Source: an uncultured bacterium
GTDB lineage: Bacteria; Zixibacteria; MSB-5A5; UBA10806
Direction of reading: 5' to 3'
Assembly (NCBI GenBank): GCA_965541585.1
Contig: CBEUCH010000006.1
Span: 96,001 to 160,000, forward strand
DNA length: 64,000 nucleotides
Shown: one piece after another, positions 1 through 10,159 of the stretch
How the letters are laid out: each line of letters opens with the position of its first letter
Position numbering within the stretch: the first letter of the stretch is position 1
Notes under the pieces: model-generated
Databases searched by the model: none
What the model was told of the DNA's origin: nothing
What the model saw: the letters and a program-made list of their open reading frames with translations, nothing else
Program-made: the position numbers and the translations under genes

Positions 1-25
1 TCTAACCAAGCTGAACTAACTGCCC
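1..25 (-). tRNA. 5' portion of a tRNA (possibly tRNA-Val), truncated by the window edge
   Basis: Reverse complement GGGCAGT-TA-GTTC-AGCTTGGTTA-GA matches acceptor 5' strand, U8A9 and D-arm with GG. Anticodon is outside the window, so identity is uncertain. Confidence 0.75.
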
Positions 26-31
26 GGCTTA

Positions 32-292
32 TCAACCCTTTTTATCGGCGGCTACAGCGCCGCCTGAAGGCGATTCCTTTTCCTTTTTCCGCCCGGGCAG
101 GAGTATCCCCAGGGGAATAGCGACGCAGTACCCCAGAACCAGCAGGATGGGAGCGATGGTGATATCGCCGACTCCCAGGAAGATGAAACCGACAATAATA
201 AGAAACAAGCCGACCCCCAGGACGATATAGTTCGTCCTGCCAAAATCGATTCCCACTCTGGCGGAGCTTCTAGTTTTCGCCGATTGTGCCAT
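32..292 (-). CDS. small two-helix membrane protein, DUF3098-like
   Basis: NY-hydrophobic helix then IAPILLVLGY pattern; GGGAG upstream. Confidence 0.65.
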   Translation of the reverse strand: MAQSAKTRSSARVGIDFGRTNYIVLGVGLFLIIVGFIFLGVGDITIAPILLVLGYCVAIPLGILLPGRKKEKESPSGGAVAADKKG

Positions 293-438
293 CTATCCCT
301 TATACTCCCGGGTGATAAAACCGAACCACTCTCGGCCGGTTTCCTGTTATTATCCCCGGCCTGGAAACAAATTAAATTAAATCAAAATCCTTCAAAGTCA
401 AGAACAATCTACGGAAGCGAATATTCGTCCGTCTAACC

Positions 439-1827
439 CTAATATGCGTTTGGGCTTCTGAGAATGCCCCTGATAGTTAAGAGAATTATCTTTATATCGA
501 ATACCAATGACCAATTCTCGACATAATAGAGGTCATATTTTGTCCTCTCGGTAACCGATGTATCCCCGCGGAAGCCATTGACCTGGGCCCAGCCGGTCAC
601 TCCGGATTTAACCTTGTGCCTTTGAAAATACCGGGGGATATCGTCTTTGAACTTCTCGACGTATCCCGGCTGCTCGGGCCTCGGCCCTACCAACGACATC
701 TGCCCGACGAATACGTTGAAAAGTTGCGGTAACTCATCGAGGCTGAACTTGCGTATGAATCTCCCCACCCGTGTGCGGCGGGGATCGTCCTTGACGGTCC
801 ACCCTGTGTCGTTGGCATTGTTCTGGTTGTGAGCCATGGAGCGGAATTTCAGCATGTTGAATTCCAGCCCGTTGCGGCCGACCCGCCGTTGTTTGAAGAG
901 AATCGGCCCTCTGGAATCGAGTTTTACCGCTATTCCGATAGCAGCCATCAGCGGAGAAAAAAGAACGATCGCCAGGCCCGAAAAGGCGAAATCAAACAAC
1001 CGCTTTACCAGACGCGCATAACCCTCGATAGGCGTTCGTCCCCAGCGCACAACCGGAATCCCCTCTATCTGGCCCGCCTCAGAGTTAAACGTCATGATGC
1101 CCATGACATCGGGCGAGGTCATATATTCGGTTTTCAGATTATCGCTTTTCATCACGAACTCTGCAATGAAATCGCGATTATCGGAAGGAAGGTTAAATAC
1201 GATTAAATCGATCGGCTGCGATCTTACGATCTCCTCTAACTCGTCGATCCTCCCCAGACAGGGAAACTGTATTTCCTGGTCGCAGACGAACCCGATGGGC
1301 TTAATACCCCAGGCCGGTTGAGCTCTAAGTTTTTCAAATAACAAGAATCCATTTCTATCGTTGCCGACGAATACCGCCCTTTTTGTGCCGAGACCACGTC
1401 GAAGCAAGGCAAGCTCGAAACGATAAACGATTTCTCTCTGCAGGTATATAATTACCATCCCCAGGATCCAGCCGAAACCCATAACCAGCCGAGAAAAGCT
1501 CTCGCCACGATAGAAAAAGGTGGTGGCGATTAATATTATGGCTCCCGAACTTACGCCCCGCATTGTCTCCCAGAAGCGATCGAAAGACGACGGGGGACGG
1601 CTTCGGTAATGTCCCATCAGACCGAAGATAAAAATCCAGACAATACTTACGAAAATGATCGCCTGTAGGTAGAGGCCAAGCTCCGGTGTACCTTTGGTAA
1701 TCGGAAAGACTCTGGTGGCCGCGGAATAAAACCTGATCTGGTAAGCAAGGTAAAAACTCACAAGGATACCCAGCATATCTCCGAGTATGAAGATTACCGG
1801 CAAGATATATCGAATCTTGGTACTCAA
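439..1827 (-). CDS. undecaprenyl-phosphate sugar phosphotransferase (WcaJ/WbaP family)
   Basis: N-terminal TMs; KRLFD, KFRSM, DPRRT, SLDELPQ, SLVGPRPE, GVTGWAQVNG, DLYY motifs. Confidence 0.95.
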   Translation of the reverse strand: MSTKIRYILPVIFILGDMLGILVSFYLAYQIRFYSAATRVFPITKGTPELGLYLQAIIFVSIVWIFIFGLMGHYRSRPPSSFDRFWETMRGVSSGAIILIATTFFYRGESFSRLVMGFGWILGMVIIYLQREIVYRFELALLRRGLGTKRAVFVGNDRNGFLLFEKLRAQPAWGIKPIGFVCDQEIQFPCLGRIDELEEIVRSQPIDLIVFNLPSDNRDFIAEFVMKSDNLKTEYMTSPDVMGIMTFNSEAGQIEGIPVVRWGRTPIEGYARLVKRLFDFAFSGLAIVLFSPLMAAIGIAVKLDSRGPILFKQRRVGRNGLEFNMLKFRSMAHNQNNANDTGWTVKDDPRRTRVGRFIRKFSLDELPQLFNVFVGQMSLVGPRPEQPGYVEKFKDDIPRYFQRHKVKSGVTGWAQVNGFRGDTSVTERTKYDLYYVENWSLVFDIKIILLTIRGILRSPNAY

Positions 1828-2999
1828 TTTACAAGGCGCTCCTCAAGCTTGACTTTTCCCTGCTTCCTGAAAAGACTTACGGCCTCATTCAACAATTCAT
1901 TCATCTGACAAAAAAAATTCTCTTTTGAGAATCTGGTAGCGTGTTTGCGAATCTCCTCGGAATCGAAGCTTAGATTTGAGAAAACTCTCAGTGCCTTCGT
2001 GACATCCTCGGCTGATTGGTTCCTGAAGAAAAGACCGGACTTAAATCCGTCGAACCGGTCAATTTCATCGACGAACGGCCCGATGACCGTATCTTTGATG
2101 CCTCCCTCGGCGTAGGCTATGACGGGCTTGCCGCAAGATTGAGCCTCCACTGGTATTATCCCGAAATCCTCGACGCCGGGAAAAATCAGCGCTCTGCAGC
2201 CGCGGTAGTAATCTCTTAATGTTTCCCTGTCGATCCACCCGGTGAACTCAACGTTCTTCGATGCCATGTTAGCCAGCCGAATCAATTCAGGACCGTCGCC
2301 TGTTACGATGAGTTTTTCCTCAAGCCCTTTGAAAGCTTCAATAACTATATCTCCTTTCTTATAAGGGACCATAGCCCCTGCAAGGAGAAAATAACCTCGC
2401 CGACCGGAAGGACCGGGAGTATAAAAATCCGTATCCACGGGCGGAAATATCACCTTCGACGGCCGTTGGTAATATTCCTTTATTCTCTTACGAACAAAAT
2501 TGGAATCCGCGATAAAAAGATCAACTCTGTGGGAACTATTTCTATCCCATGTGCGTAATCGCTTCGCCATATAAGAAATAAATCGATATTTGATAGGATT
2601 TATCCTGTCTTTCCTGAAATAATCATCAAACCTGTCCCAGACGTAGCGCATTGGAGAAAAACAGTAACAGATATGAAGCGTGTTCTCGCCGGTAACGGCT
2701 CCTTTGGCTACACAATGCGAACTCGAAATAACAAGATCCGTATCTTCGAAGTTAAACCTCTCGATTGCTTTTGGGAAAAAGGGAAGATAGTGCCGGTAGT
2801 GTTTTTTTCTCATGGGCAGGTTTTGAATGAATGATGTTCTAATTTCATGTTTTCTGATATCAGCCGCGATCGTCTCCGGATCATAAAAGAGTGTATAGAT
2901 TTTCGAGCGCGGGAAAATTGAGGCGATTGCCTGCAGAACCTTTTCTCCACCACGCATACCGTTGAGCCAATCATGAACCAGGGCTACTTTCATCTGCAC
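1824..2999 (-). CDS. GT4 glycosyltransferase (WbaZ/mannosyltransferase-like)
   Basis: VALVHDWL..GGEKV; EDFGIIPVEA (EX7E-type). Confidence 0.93.
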   Translation of the reverse strand: MQMKVALVHDWLNGMRGGEKVLQAIASIFPRSKIYTLFYDPETIAADIRKHEIRTSFIQNLPMRKKHYRHYLPFFPKAIERFNFEDTDLVISSSHCVAKGAVTGENTLHICYCFSPMRYVWDRFDDYFRKDRINPIKYRFISYMAKRLRTWDRNSSHRVDLFIADSNFVRKRIKEYYQRPSKVIFPPVDTDFYTPGPSGRRGYFLLAGAMVPYKKGDIVIEAFKGLEEKLIVTGDGPELIRLANMASKNVEFTGWIDRETLRDYYRGCRALIFPGVEDFGIIPVEAQSCGKPVIAYAEGGIKDTVIGPFVDEIDRFDGFKSGLFFRNQSAEDVTKALRVFSNLSFDSEEIRKHATRFSKENFFCQMNELLNEAVSLFRKQGKVKLEERLVN

Positions 3000-4078
3000 G
3001 ATACCTCTTCGAAAATCTCAAAGACAGCGCGACCGACTCTATCCCAGTTGAAGATTCGAGCCCTCTCAAATCCGGACTTTTTTAACCTATCACGAGTTTG
3101 TTCATTTTGCCAGCATTCTTCAACTTTTGCCAGCATATCGGGAATATCTTCCGGGAAAAACATGAGGGCTGAATCACCCACGACTTCAGGCAAAGAGGCT
3201 CTATTGGAGCAGGCCACGGGAAGCCCGGAGGCCATGGCCTCCAGAGGAGGCAATCCGAATCCTTCGTAAAATGATGGGAATACAAACACCCGGGCGCTGT
3301 TATAAAGCAAGGCCAGCTCAAGATGGGTGTCAACTTCAACAATACTTAACATATTCTTATGATTAACAACAGGCATGATCTTGTTACGAAAGATCTTTAC
3401 ATCCCCGGAGGCAATGACAACGGGATATTTGAGCCTGTTAACAATCTCCGCCAATGCTAACGGGTTTTTATGCCGCTTTAAGGCCCCGGCGTAAAGAACG
3501 AACTCATCGGGCAGCGATCTTTCTCTTTTGAATTGCGAAACCCGGTCATGAGGATATGGTTTGAACAAGTCCGTATCAACCCCCGGGTTGATTTTCTGAA
3601 CCTTATCCGACCAGTCCGGGAAAAGCGCTTGAATATCTCGTTTCGAGTGATCGGAAACGGTGAGGACTGCCGAACATTTCTTCCCCGTGTGGTTGACGAT
3701 AGAGCGGGCGTATAGTCTTCCGGCAAATCCGAACCTGACCGGCAGGCGAAGATGTATGAGATCATGGATCGTAGCCACCGACGGGCAATGAAGGTTGAAT
3801 GGCAGGGTATAATGTGGGGTGAAGAACAGGTCGGCGTGAATTTGAGCAACAGGTTTTCTAAAGGAGAACAGTTCAGACAGGGAGTATCCGGGATAATCAT
3901 GATAGATTATCCGGGCGAAATCAGATGGAAAATTCAGAAGTTTTTCGTCACCGGGGCGGCAGAAGAGGACAAATTTCGCATCCACACTTAGCCTGTGCCA
4001 GCTTAGAAGAAGATTGCGCAGATAGGTTCCGATTCCACCATCTCTTATCTTGCGGCAATCAATTGCGACTTTTAGCAT
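2990..4078 (-). CDS. GT4 glycosyltransferase (MtfB-like)
   Basis: GGIGTY, TIHDL, FPSFYEGFGLPPLEAMASG. Confidence 0.93.
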   Translation of the reverse strand: MLKVAIDCRKIRDGGIGTYLRNLLLSWHRLSVDAKFVLFCRPGDEKLLNFPSDFARIIYHDYPGYSLSELFSFRKPVAQIHADLFFTPHYTLPFNLHCPSVATIHDLIHLRLPVRFGFAGRLYARSIVNHTGKKCSAVLTVSDHSKRDIQALFPDWSDKVQKINPGVDTDLFKPYPHDRVSQFKRERSLPDEFVLYAGALKRHKNPLALAEIVNRLKYPVVIASGDVKIFRNKIMPVVNHKNMLSIVEVDTHLELALLYNSARVFVFPSFYEGFGLPPLEAMASGLPVACSNRASLPEVVGDSALMFFPEDIPDMLAKVEECWQNEQTRDRLKKSGFERARIFNWDRVGRAVFEIFEEVSCR

Positions 4079-4081
4079 CGC

Positions 4082-5290
4082 TTAACGCTTTTTCCCGGCG
4101 TGATCCCCGCCGCAAATCTGTTTATAAACCTGCATAAATTCATCCGTGATCTTAGCGGCGCCGAATTCTTCAGCCGCCGCCAGGCAACCGTCAAACATCC
4201 GGCCCGACAGATCCCGGTCATTTACAAATTGCATTATCCTGCTCTCGAGGTCGCCGTCAATAGATGGATCGAATATCAAGCCCGTCTTATTATCATCGAT
4301 CATTTCCCGGGCCCCTCCCCTGCAGGTGGCGATTACCGGCAGGCCGTGCGAATAGGATTCTATCAGCACCCTCGGAAAAGCATCGTCGCACAGGGATGGA
4401 ATAATGACAACGTCGAGATCGTCATATATCTCATCGGGGTTTTTCAATCCCATAAATTCGATATTTTCACCCTTGTATCCGTCGACGAGATATTTCTCAT
4501 ACGAGGGCGTTATGCCCTGGCCGAAGATTTTTAGCCTGGCGTCGCCTGATCCCATCTTCGTAAATCTCTTAAGAAGATATTCTATACCTTTAATGGGGGC
4601 AAGCATTCCGACTAATCCGAAAGCGATACGGCTCCTTTCGCGAGTCGATCTGCCGGGTCTGGAATTCGAAAACGATGCGCTATAGATATGAGTCTTTATT
4701 TTTGAAGTTTTAAAATATCCGAAGTTCAGGTGTTTATCCAGTATGAACCTGCTGACGCCAACGGCCGCATCGACATAAGCGGACATTCTTTTTCTCGGTA
4801 TGGAATAAAATCTGCATCTCAAACATTGGCGTATGCATCTCCTATCCCGTCGGTACATGACAGAATTTGGACAGAGCAGGTAGTGATCCCTGATAGTGTG
4901 AACGATAGGCAACTCGAATTTCGCCGCCACCTTCCAGGCAAACACCGAAAAGCCGGCGAGATTGTTGGTGTGAAAAATGTCGGGCTTTTCCAATTCGATA
5001 ATCCTGGAGAGACGCCTGGCAACAAGCGGATTATACGAATCCAGAAGATGCCAGAACGGTTTCTTTATTGTTGGCTGGCTTTTCGCGGTGCGTGTCCAGT
5101 ACAGGTTTGAAATTTTAAGATAGTGAACATTGATTCCATCCAACCGGTCGACAGAGTCACGATCGGCCGTAGAAACGATTACCGGCTCCATTCCTTTGTC
5201 TCTTAAACCGGCCGCCAGGATCTCAACGGATCTTTCGGCTCCACCTATAGCGTGCGGGCGATACAATGAATTGAGGATTAAAACCTTCAT
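4082..5290 (-). CDS. GT4 glycosyltransferase
   Basis: GGAERS, HTIRDH, Cys-rich insert, PSLCDDAFPRVLIES. Confidence 0.9.
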   Translation of the reverse strand: MKVLILNSLYRPHAIGGAERSVEILAAGLRDKGMEPVIVSTADRDSVDRLDGINVHYLKISNLYWTRTAKSQPTIKKPFWHLLDSYNPLVARRLSRIIELEKPDIFHTNNLAGFSVFAWKVAAKFELPIVHTIRDHYLLCPNSVMYRRDRRCIRQCLRCRFYSIPRKRMSAYVDAAVGVSRFILDKHLNFGYFKTSKIKTHIYSASFSNSRPGRSTRERSRIAFGLVGMLAPIKGIEYLLKRFTKMGSGDARLKIFGQGITPSYEKYLVDGYKGENIEFMGLKNPDEIYDDLDVVIIPSLCDDAFPRVLIESYSHGLPVIATCRGGAREMIDDNKTGLIFDPSIDGDLESRIMQFVNDRDLSGRMFDGCLAAAEEFGAAKITDEFMQVYKQICGGDHAGKKR

Positions 5291-5974
5291 CTATCGTTTT
5301 CTCGAGGTTACCTTAACCATTTTAACATTCAACCTGCCCCAGTCCTGATCGAAAGAATCGACTATATTAATAAACTCCACGTCAAATGAAGTTCTGTCAA
5401 GAGCGTCGATTACATAGTTGCATCCAAATCGATCGGTAAGATTCGGGCAATCCACATAGTAATCGTCGAAAATGACAATGGTATTTTCCGAAAGCAAATT
5501 TCGGACATTTTCCCAATCGGAAGATATCGTCTCGATGGAATGTCCACCGTCCACGAATACCAGACCTATAGGCGAATAATCATCCTTTGTCGAGATAAAA
5601 TCAGGCAGGGTTTCCTCGGAGAAACCCCTGTATAAGAACACCCTGGCGCCGGTTTGTTCAATCTTATGACGGACGGCGCTCATCGTATCCGGCCTCTTGG
5701 AAAGCTGACTTTTAAATATCTCGTCATTCATCTCCTCGAACAGGTCAAAGCCAAAATATGTTATATCTCTCGGTTGATTATAAACGCCGGCAGTTCTTAT
5801 CATCTCCACCGCCCGCCGGCCTGTATAGACACCTATTTCCAATATGGTCTTGATCCTGTTTTTATATACGATATCGAGCAATGTCCGATATCGTCTGGTC
5901 GAGGATAAGGGATAAATCACCTTCGCCCGGGCAATATAATTCATATAATTCATAAATTTGTTTGATTGCATCAA
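5291..5974 (-). CDS. class I SAM-dependent methyltransferase (Methyltransf_24-like, probable glycan O-methyltransferase)
   Basis: LEIGVYTG, GFDLFE, FVDGGH, FDDY; located inside the glycan cluster. Confidence 0.85.
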   Translation of the reverse strand: MMQSNKFMNYMNYIARAKVIYPLSSTRRYRTLLDIVYKNRIKTILEIGVYTGRRAVEMIRTAGVYNQPRDITYFGFDLFEEMNDEIFKSQLSKRPDTMSAVRHKIEQTGARVFLYRGFSEETLPDFISTKDDYSPIGLVFVDGGHSIETISSDWENVRNLLSENTIVIFDDYYVDCPNLTDRFGCNYVIDALDRTSFDVEFINIVDSFDQDWGRLNVKMVKVTSRKR

Positions 5975-6013
5975 TCGCTCCGCCTGACAGGCTACCTCAT
6001 CTCGTAATTCGAT

Positions 6014-7159
6014 CTAATCGATCGGGCCGTACGTCAATCTTGCGCATCTATCCCAGCTAAAACCGAGTGCGTGATTGCGGGCTTCGCTTCCCAGCGCAGC
6101 CTTATAATCCCGGTCCGTCAGGATTTTTGTTAACGCGGCCGCCAGGGCGTCGGCGTCTTCCGGCTTAATCAAAACTCCGGTTTTTTCATGAATGACAACC
6201 TCCGCTACTCCTCCGATCCGGCTGGCTATGCATGGCAATCCCGCCGCCGCGGCTTCCAGATAGGCAAGGCCATATCCCTCCACCTTTTCCGGATAGGACT
6301 CGCCGGGCATGCAAAATACAGTCGAGCCGGCATAAAGAGACGGCAGATCCTCGTGTTTAACCCTGCCGATAAATCTCAGATCGATAGCTGAAGTCTCCCC
6401 CAGCCGTTTCAACCCACCGGCATATGCCCCATCTCCAGCGGCCCCGGTGATAATATAGGTAGTTTTTGATTTAAGTTCAGGTTTCAATTTCGATATGGCT
6501 TTGATTACGGTCAAGTGACCCTTTCGCTCGTCAAGCCGCGAGACAGTCAGGACGACATGATTGTCCGCAGGAATCGAATAGAGTCGGCGGATGTCAAATT
6601 CGCGTTGTGACCCGGAAAACCTCTCGAAATCTACGCCGGGAGGCGTTACGGTAACGTCTTCAACTCTTATTTCTCTGTATTTGTCAAGCAGAAGGTTTTT
6701 CGTAAATTCGCTGATAGCGAATATGCTGCTCGGGATTTTGAACATATTATCGACACCAAGAAACCTCATCTGCTTTGAATTGTGAGCCAGGAGTATTTCC
6801 GTGCCGTACACGGTCGCCACAAACCGGATTTCTTTAAACCTGTTGAGAAATGCCAGGGCCATAATATGAGGCCAGTCCACGGCATGGATTAGATCATACA
6901 TCGACAGATCTGCCCTACGGTATGTCCTCCATACAAGCCCGGGCAGCCTTCTATAAGAGTAGTCGCCCGCACCGAATCGAATGACCTTGAAAGGATATCT
7001 TCTTTTATCGTCTTCTGAGTGATCGCGGGGTGAACCGGGAGCCAGGACAGTGATCCGGTGACCAATTTTAGACGCGGCTGCAGCGAGATTGGCAGCATAG
7101 GTTGCGATCCCCCCAGTAACAGGCGGAAATTCATACGTTAGTATCAGGATCTTCTTCAT
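6014..7159 (-). CDS. GT4 glycosyltransferase (PimA-like)
   Basis: EFPPVTGGIATY, VSRLDERKG, EGYGLAYLEA. Confidence 0.92.
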   Translation of the reverse strand: MKKILILTYEFPPVTGGIATYAANLAAAASKIGHRITVLAPGSPRDHSEDDKRRYPFKVIRFGAGDYSYRRLPGLVWRTYRRADLSMYDLIHAVDWPHIMALAFLNRFKEIRFVATVYGTEILLAHNSKQMRFLGVDNMFKIPSSIFAISEFTKNLLLDKYREIRVEDVTVTPPGVDFERFSGSQREFDIRRLYSIPADNHVVLTVSRLDERKGHLTVIKAISKLKPELKSKTTYIITGAAGDGAYAGGLKRLGETSAIDLRFIGRVKHEDLPSLYAGSTVFCMPGESYPEKVEGYGLAYLEAAAAGLPCIASRIGGVAEVVIHEKTGVLIKPEDADALAAALTKILTDRDYKAALGSEARNHALGFSWDRCARLTYGPID

Positions 7160-7165
7160 GATTTC

Positions 7166-8722
7166 TCAAGAGGTTTTTCTTTTTGCGAATGGGAGTTTCC
7201 TCAGAACGTCCTTAAAGAGCTTTTTGTCGTACTCGTCAAGCAGCAGCATATATATCAGCATACCTATAACCACCAAAAAGGCGATAAAGGAAAAAATCCT
7301 CAGGTATAGACTTGTTATGAGCGATAGGAGAAATGAGGACGCAATTGAACCTGAAATCCAGATATATATATGAAAGAAATTCAATTTTGGCTTCCCAACG
7401 GCGGCCGTTTTCCTGTAAATGGCGGCCAGGATGGCTAATTCTATGACCAAGCGTCCTAACCACAATCCGGCTGTGCCGATGATGCCAAACGTTTTTGTGA
7501 GCAGGATTAAAAGACCGAGATAGATCGGTAATTCCAGAAGAAATAATTTGGCGGTCAGGTCGGCGCGCCCCAGCGCCTGGATGGCGTTAAAGGGAGCCCG
7601 CGCTACAGATGAGAATAGAACTCCTGCGGCAAGGAGTTGTAACACGATGGCGCTTTCCGTGGCGAATTCCGCCCCGAGCCAGATATTCAGCAGAGGTCGG
7701 GCGAAAACGATTATACAGGCAACAAGCGGAATCACAGAAATCAAAATATAGTTTACCGTCCGTCTGTGCAGGTTGTCGAGTCTATCTTTTTCACCGGAGG
7801 AGAAAGCGCTGAAAGCCGGGAATATTACCCCCATTATACCTACAGGAATTATAAAAAGCTTATTGACCATATCGAAGGGAGTGGCGTAATAGGCTACCGC
7901 GGATAGAGTCAAAATCCCCCCGATGAAAAACCTGTCTGTGTTTCCCAGAAGCGGGGCGATGACGTTGCTTACCGTAAGCCAGCCGCCGTATCCTAAAAGC
8001 TTTCGGAAATATCCTTTTTCCATTTTCGCTTCACTGCCTGTACCGCGGAGACCCTTAAAACAATAGTGGATATAAAATATCAATGTTAACATGCGGCTTG
8101 CAGCGAGCAAGCCGACTATCGGAAAAAGACTGCGGGAGAACGACAGAACGATAAGGGGCACAAGGAAGGCGGCCGCGCTGGATGGAATCCTGATGGCGTT
8201 TATAACGCCGAACCGCTGCTGGGATTCCAGTACGCCCCTGGCGCCGCTGATAAGTAAAGCCACCGGAACGAAGGCGGCCAGCAGGTAGAACGAACGCTGC
8301 GTTTCACTCAATAAATAGTCCGGGATGTTTAAAAGATCGTTTACGAGCCAGGGAGTTATGGACGCGAGAATTATACCTGCGATTATTCCGAAACCGGAAA
8401 GGAGGATCAGTGATGCTTTTACCAACCCCCTGAGTTTTTGCTGATAACCGCGCGCGTAAAACTCGGATACGAATTTCGTCGTGGCCCGACCGATTCCCAT
8501 ATCGAATAAACTGAAATAGCCGATAACCGTCCACGCGATGGCCAGCACACCAAAGCGCTCGATCCCCATGCCTTTTATCAGGTACGGGATAGCTATAAAC
8601 GCCACGAGCAAGGGAGATATGTGCCCGATCAGGTTATAAACAGTATTGCGCGCTAACAGCTTCCCGGTATAATGAACAGTTTCAGGCTCCGGCCCGGCGG
8701 ACATCTTAGCGTCGTCCGGCAT
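7166..8722 (-). CDS. wzx: Wzx-type oligosaccharide flippase
   Basis: LARNTVYNLIG, FDMGIGRA, DRFFIG; many TM helices. Start moved to ATG 8722 to avoid the gmhA overlap. Confidence 0.9.
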   Translation of the reverse strand: MPDDAKMSAGPEPETVHYTGKLLARNTVYNLIGHISPLLVAFIAIPYLIKGMGIERFGVLAIAWTVIGYFSLFDMGIGRATTKFVSEFYARGYQQKLRGLVKASLILLSGFGIIAGIILASITPWLVNDLLNIPDYLLSETQRSFYLLAAFVPVALLISGARGVLESQQRFGVINAIRIPSSAAAFLVPLIVLSFSRSLFPIVGLLAASRMLTLIFYIHYCFKGLRGTGSEAKMEKGYFRKLLGYGGWLTVSNVIAPLLGNTDRFFIGGILTLSAVAYYATPFDMVNKLFIIPVGIMGVIFPAFSAFSSGEKDRLDNLHRRTVNYILISVIPLVACIIVFARPLLNIWLGAEFATESAIVLQLLAAGVLFSSVARAPFNAIQALGRADLTAKLFLLELPIYLGLLILLTKTFGIIGTAGLWLGRLVIELAILAAIYRKTAAVGKPKLNFFHIYIWISGSIASSFLLSLITSLYLRIFSFIAFLVVIGMLIYMLLLDEYDKKLFKDVLRKLPFAKRKTS

Positions 8723-8795
8723 ATGGTTCTCGCGATGAGATAAAATTATCGCGGATATGAGAGTTTTCAGATGAAGGCATCTATCTGATATACCG

Positions 8796-9380
8796 TTACT
8801 GGCCTGAAAAAAGAATTCTCTCGACAAGCGAAATTATGATATGTCCAATCGCGATGTGCACTTCCTGTATGCGCTGGGTGTCGGACGAGGGGATAACCAA
8901 TGGATGGCCTGTCATGGCAGCCAATTTGCCACCGCCGTTACCGAGCATCCCGACTGTTCCGATATCAATTTCCTTGGCGGTTTCTACCGCCTTGATGACG
9001 TTCGGCGAATTCCCCGAGGTCGAGATGGCAAACAGGATATCGCCTTTTTTCCCCAGTGCTTCGATCTGGCGGGCAAACACGTTATCGTAGCCGAAATCAT
9101 TGGAGCAGGCGGTGAGAATTGAGGAATCGGTGGTCAATGCCGTGGCGGGCAGCGCCCTGCGATTGCTCCGGCCGGTCAGCCTGACCACCAGCTCTGCGGC
9201 GAGGTGCTGGCTGTCGGCTGCCGAACCGCCGTTGCCGCAGAACATCGCCTTACCACCATGCTCTATCGCCGATGACAAAGCTTCTGCAACGTTCAAAATC
9301 TTTTCAGGCAGAAGCTCTGCTACCTGCAGTTTCAAATCGGCGGAGTCTTTTAATGCTTTCCTGATGATTTCAATTGACAT
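8796..9380 (-). CDS. gmhA: D-sedoheptulose 7-phosphate isomerase
   Basis: CGNGGSAADSQH, NDFGY, STSGNS, RIQEVH. Confidence 0.95.
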   Translation of the reverse strand: MSIEIIRKALKDSADLKLQVAELLPEKILNVAEALSSAIEHGGKAMFCGNGGSAADSQHLAAELVVRLTGRSNRRALPATALTTDSSILTACSNDFGYDNVFARQIEALGKKGDILFAISTSGNSPNVIKAVETAKEIDIGTVGMLGNGGGKLAAMTGHPLVIPSSDTQRIQEVHIAIGHIIISLVERILFSGQ

Positions 9381-9400
9381 AAAAACCTGACCTGTAAATT

Positions 9401-10156
9401 TTAACGCTTCACCCCGTCGAAATGGACAGCCTCGGCGAACGACCTGGCCAGCGCGCCTTTGCGATCCTTTTCGAGAACGTTGCCGATGACGATAAACGAC
9501 GCCCCGGCGGAGACTATTCGCCGGGCATAGGAGGGATCGGTGATACCGCCTCCGACTATCAAAGGGAGATTAATGTAATCCTTGATCTTTTTAACCGTAT
9601 CCGGCGGCACCGGTAAAGCCGCACCGGAACCCGCCTCGAGATATACGAACTTCATCCCCATATATTCTGCCGCTAAGGCATGAGCCTTGGCGATATCCGG
9701 TTTGTTGCGAGGTATCGGCATGGTGTTGGAAAGGTAACAGACCGATGTCAGATTCCCGGATTCGATTAGAATATATGCGGTCGGGATAGCCTCGAGCTTA
9801 AGCGATTTAATAAGCGGCGCCGCCTTTACATGCTCCCCGATCAGCAAATTCGGATTCCGTCCGGAAATAAGCGATGTAAAGAGCACGGCGTCTGCCGATC
9901 CGGAGAGCATTCCGGAGCCGTTGGGGAATATTATAAGCGGTATCCTCACTGCTTTTCGAACCGCGCGCACCGATTTCTCGAAAGATGACGATACTATCAG
10001 GGATGAACCTATCAGAAAAGCGTCAGCCCCGGCGGATTCCATGGTCTTCGCAGATTTAGCCAGTGCCGATGGGGTCATTCTGTCGGGATCTAGCAATACC
10101 AAAAGACCAGCCCCTTTTCTCTTTTTAATTGAAAGAAGTTTCTGGTAGGTATTCAT
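9401..10156 (-). CDS. geranylgeranylglyceryl/heptaprenylglyceryl phosphate synthase (group II GGGPS-like)
   Basis: LLDPD, SLISGRNP, YLEAGSGA, LIVGGGI, VIGN. Confidence 0.9.
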   Translation of the reverse strand: MNTYQKLLSIKKRKGAGLLVLLDPDRMTPSALAKSAKTMESAGADAFLIGSSLIVSSSFEKSVRAVRKAVRIPLIIFPNGSGMLSGSADAVLFTSLISGRNPNLLIGEHVKAAPLIKSLKLEAIPTAYILIESGNLTSVCYLSNTMPIPRNKPDIAKAHALAAEYMGMKFVYLEAGSGAALPVPPDTVKKIKDYINLPLIVGGGITDPSYARRIVSAGASFIVIGNVLEKDRKGALARSFAEAVHFDGVKR

Positions 10157-10159
10157 ATA

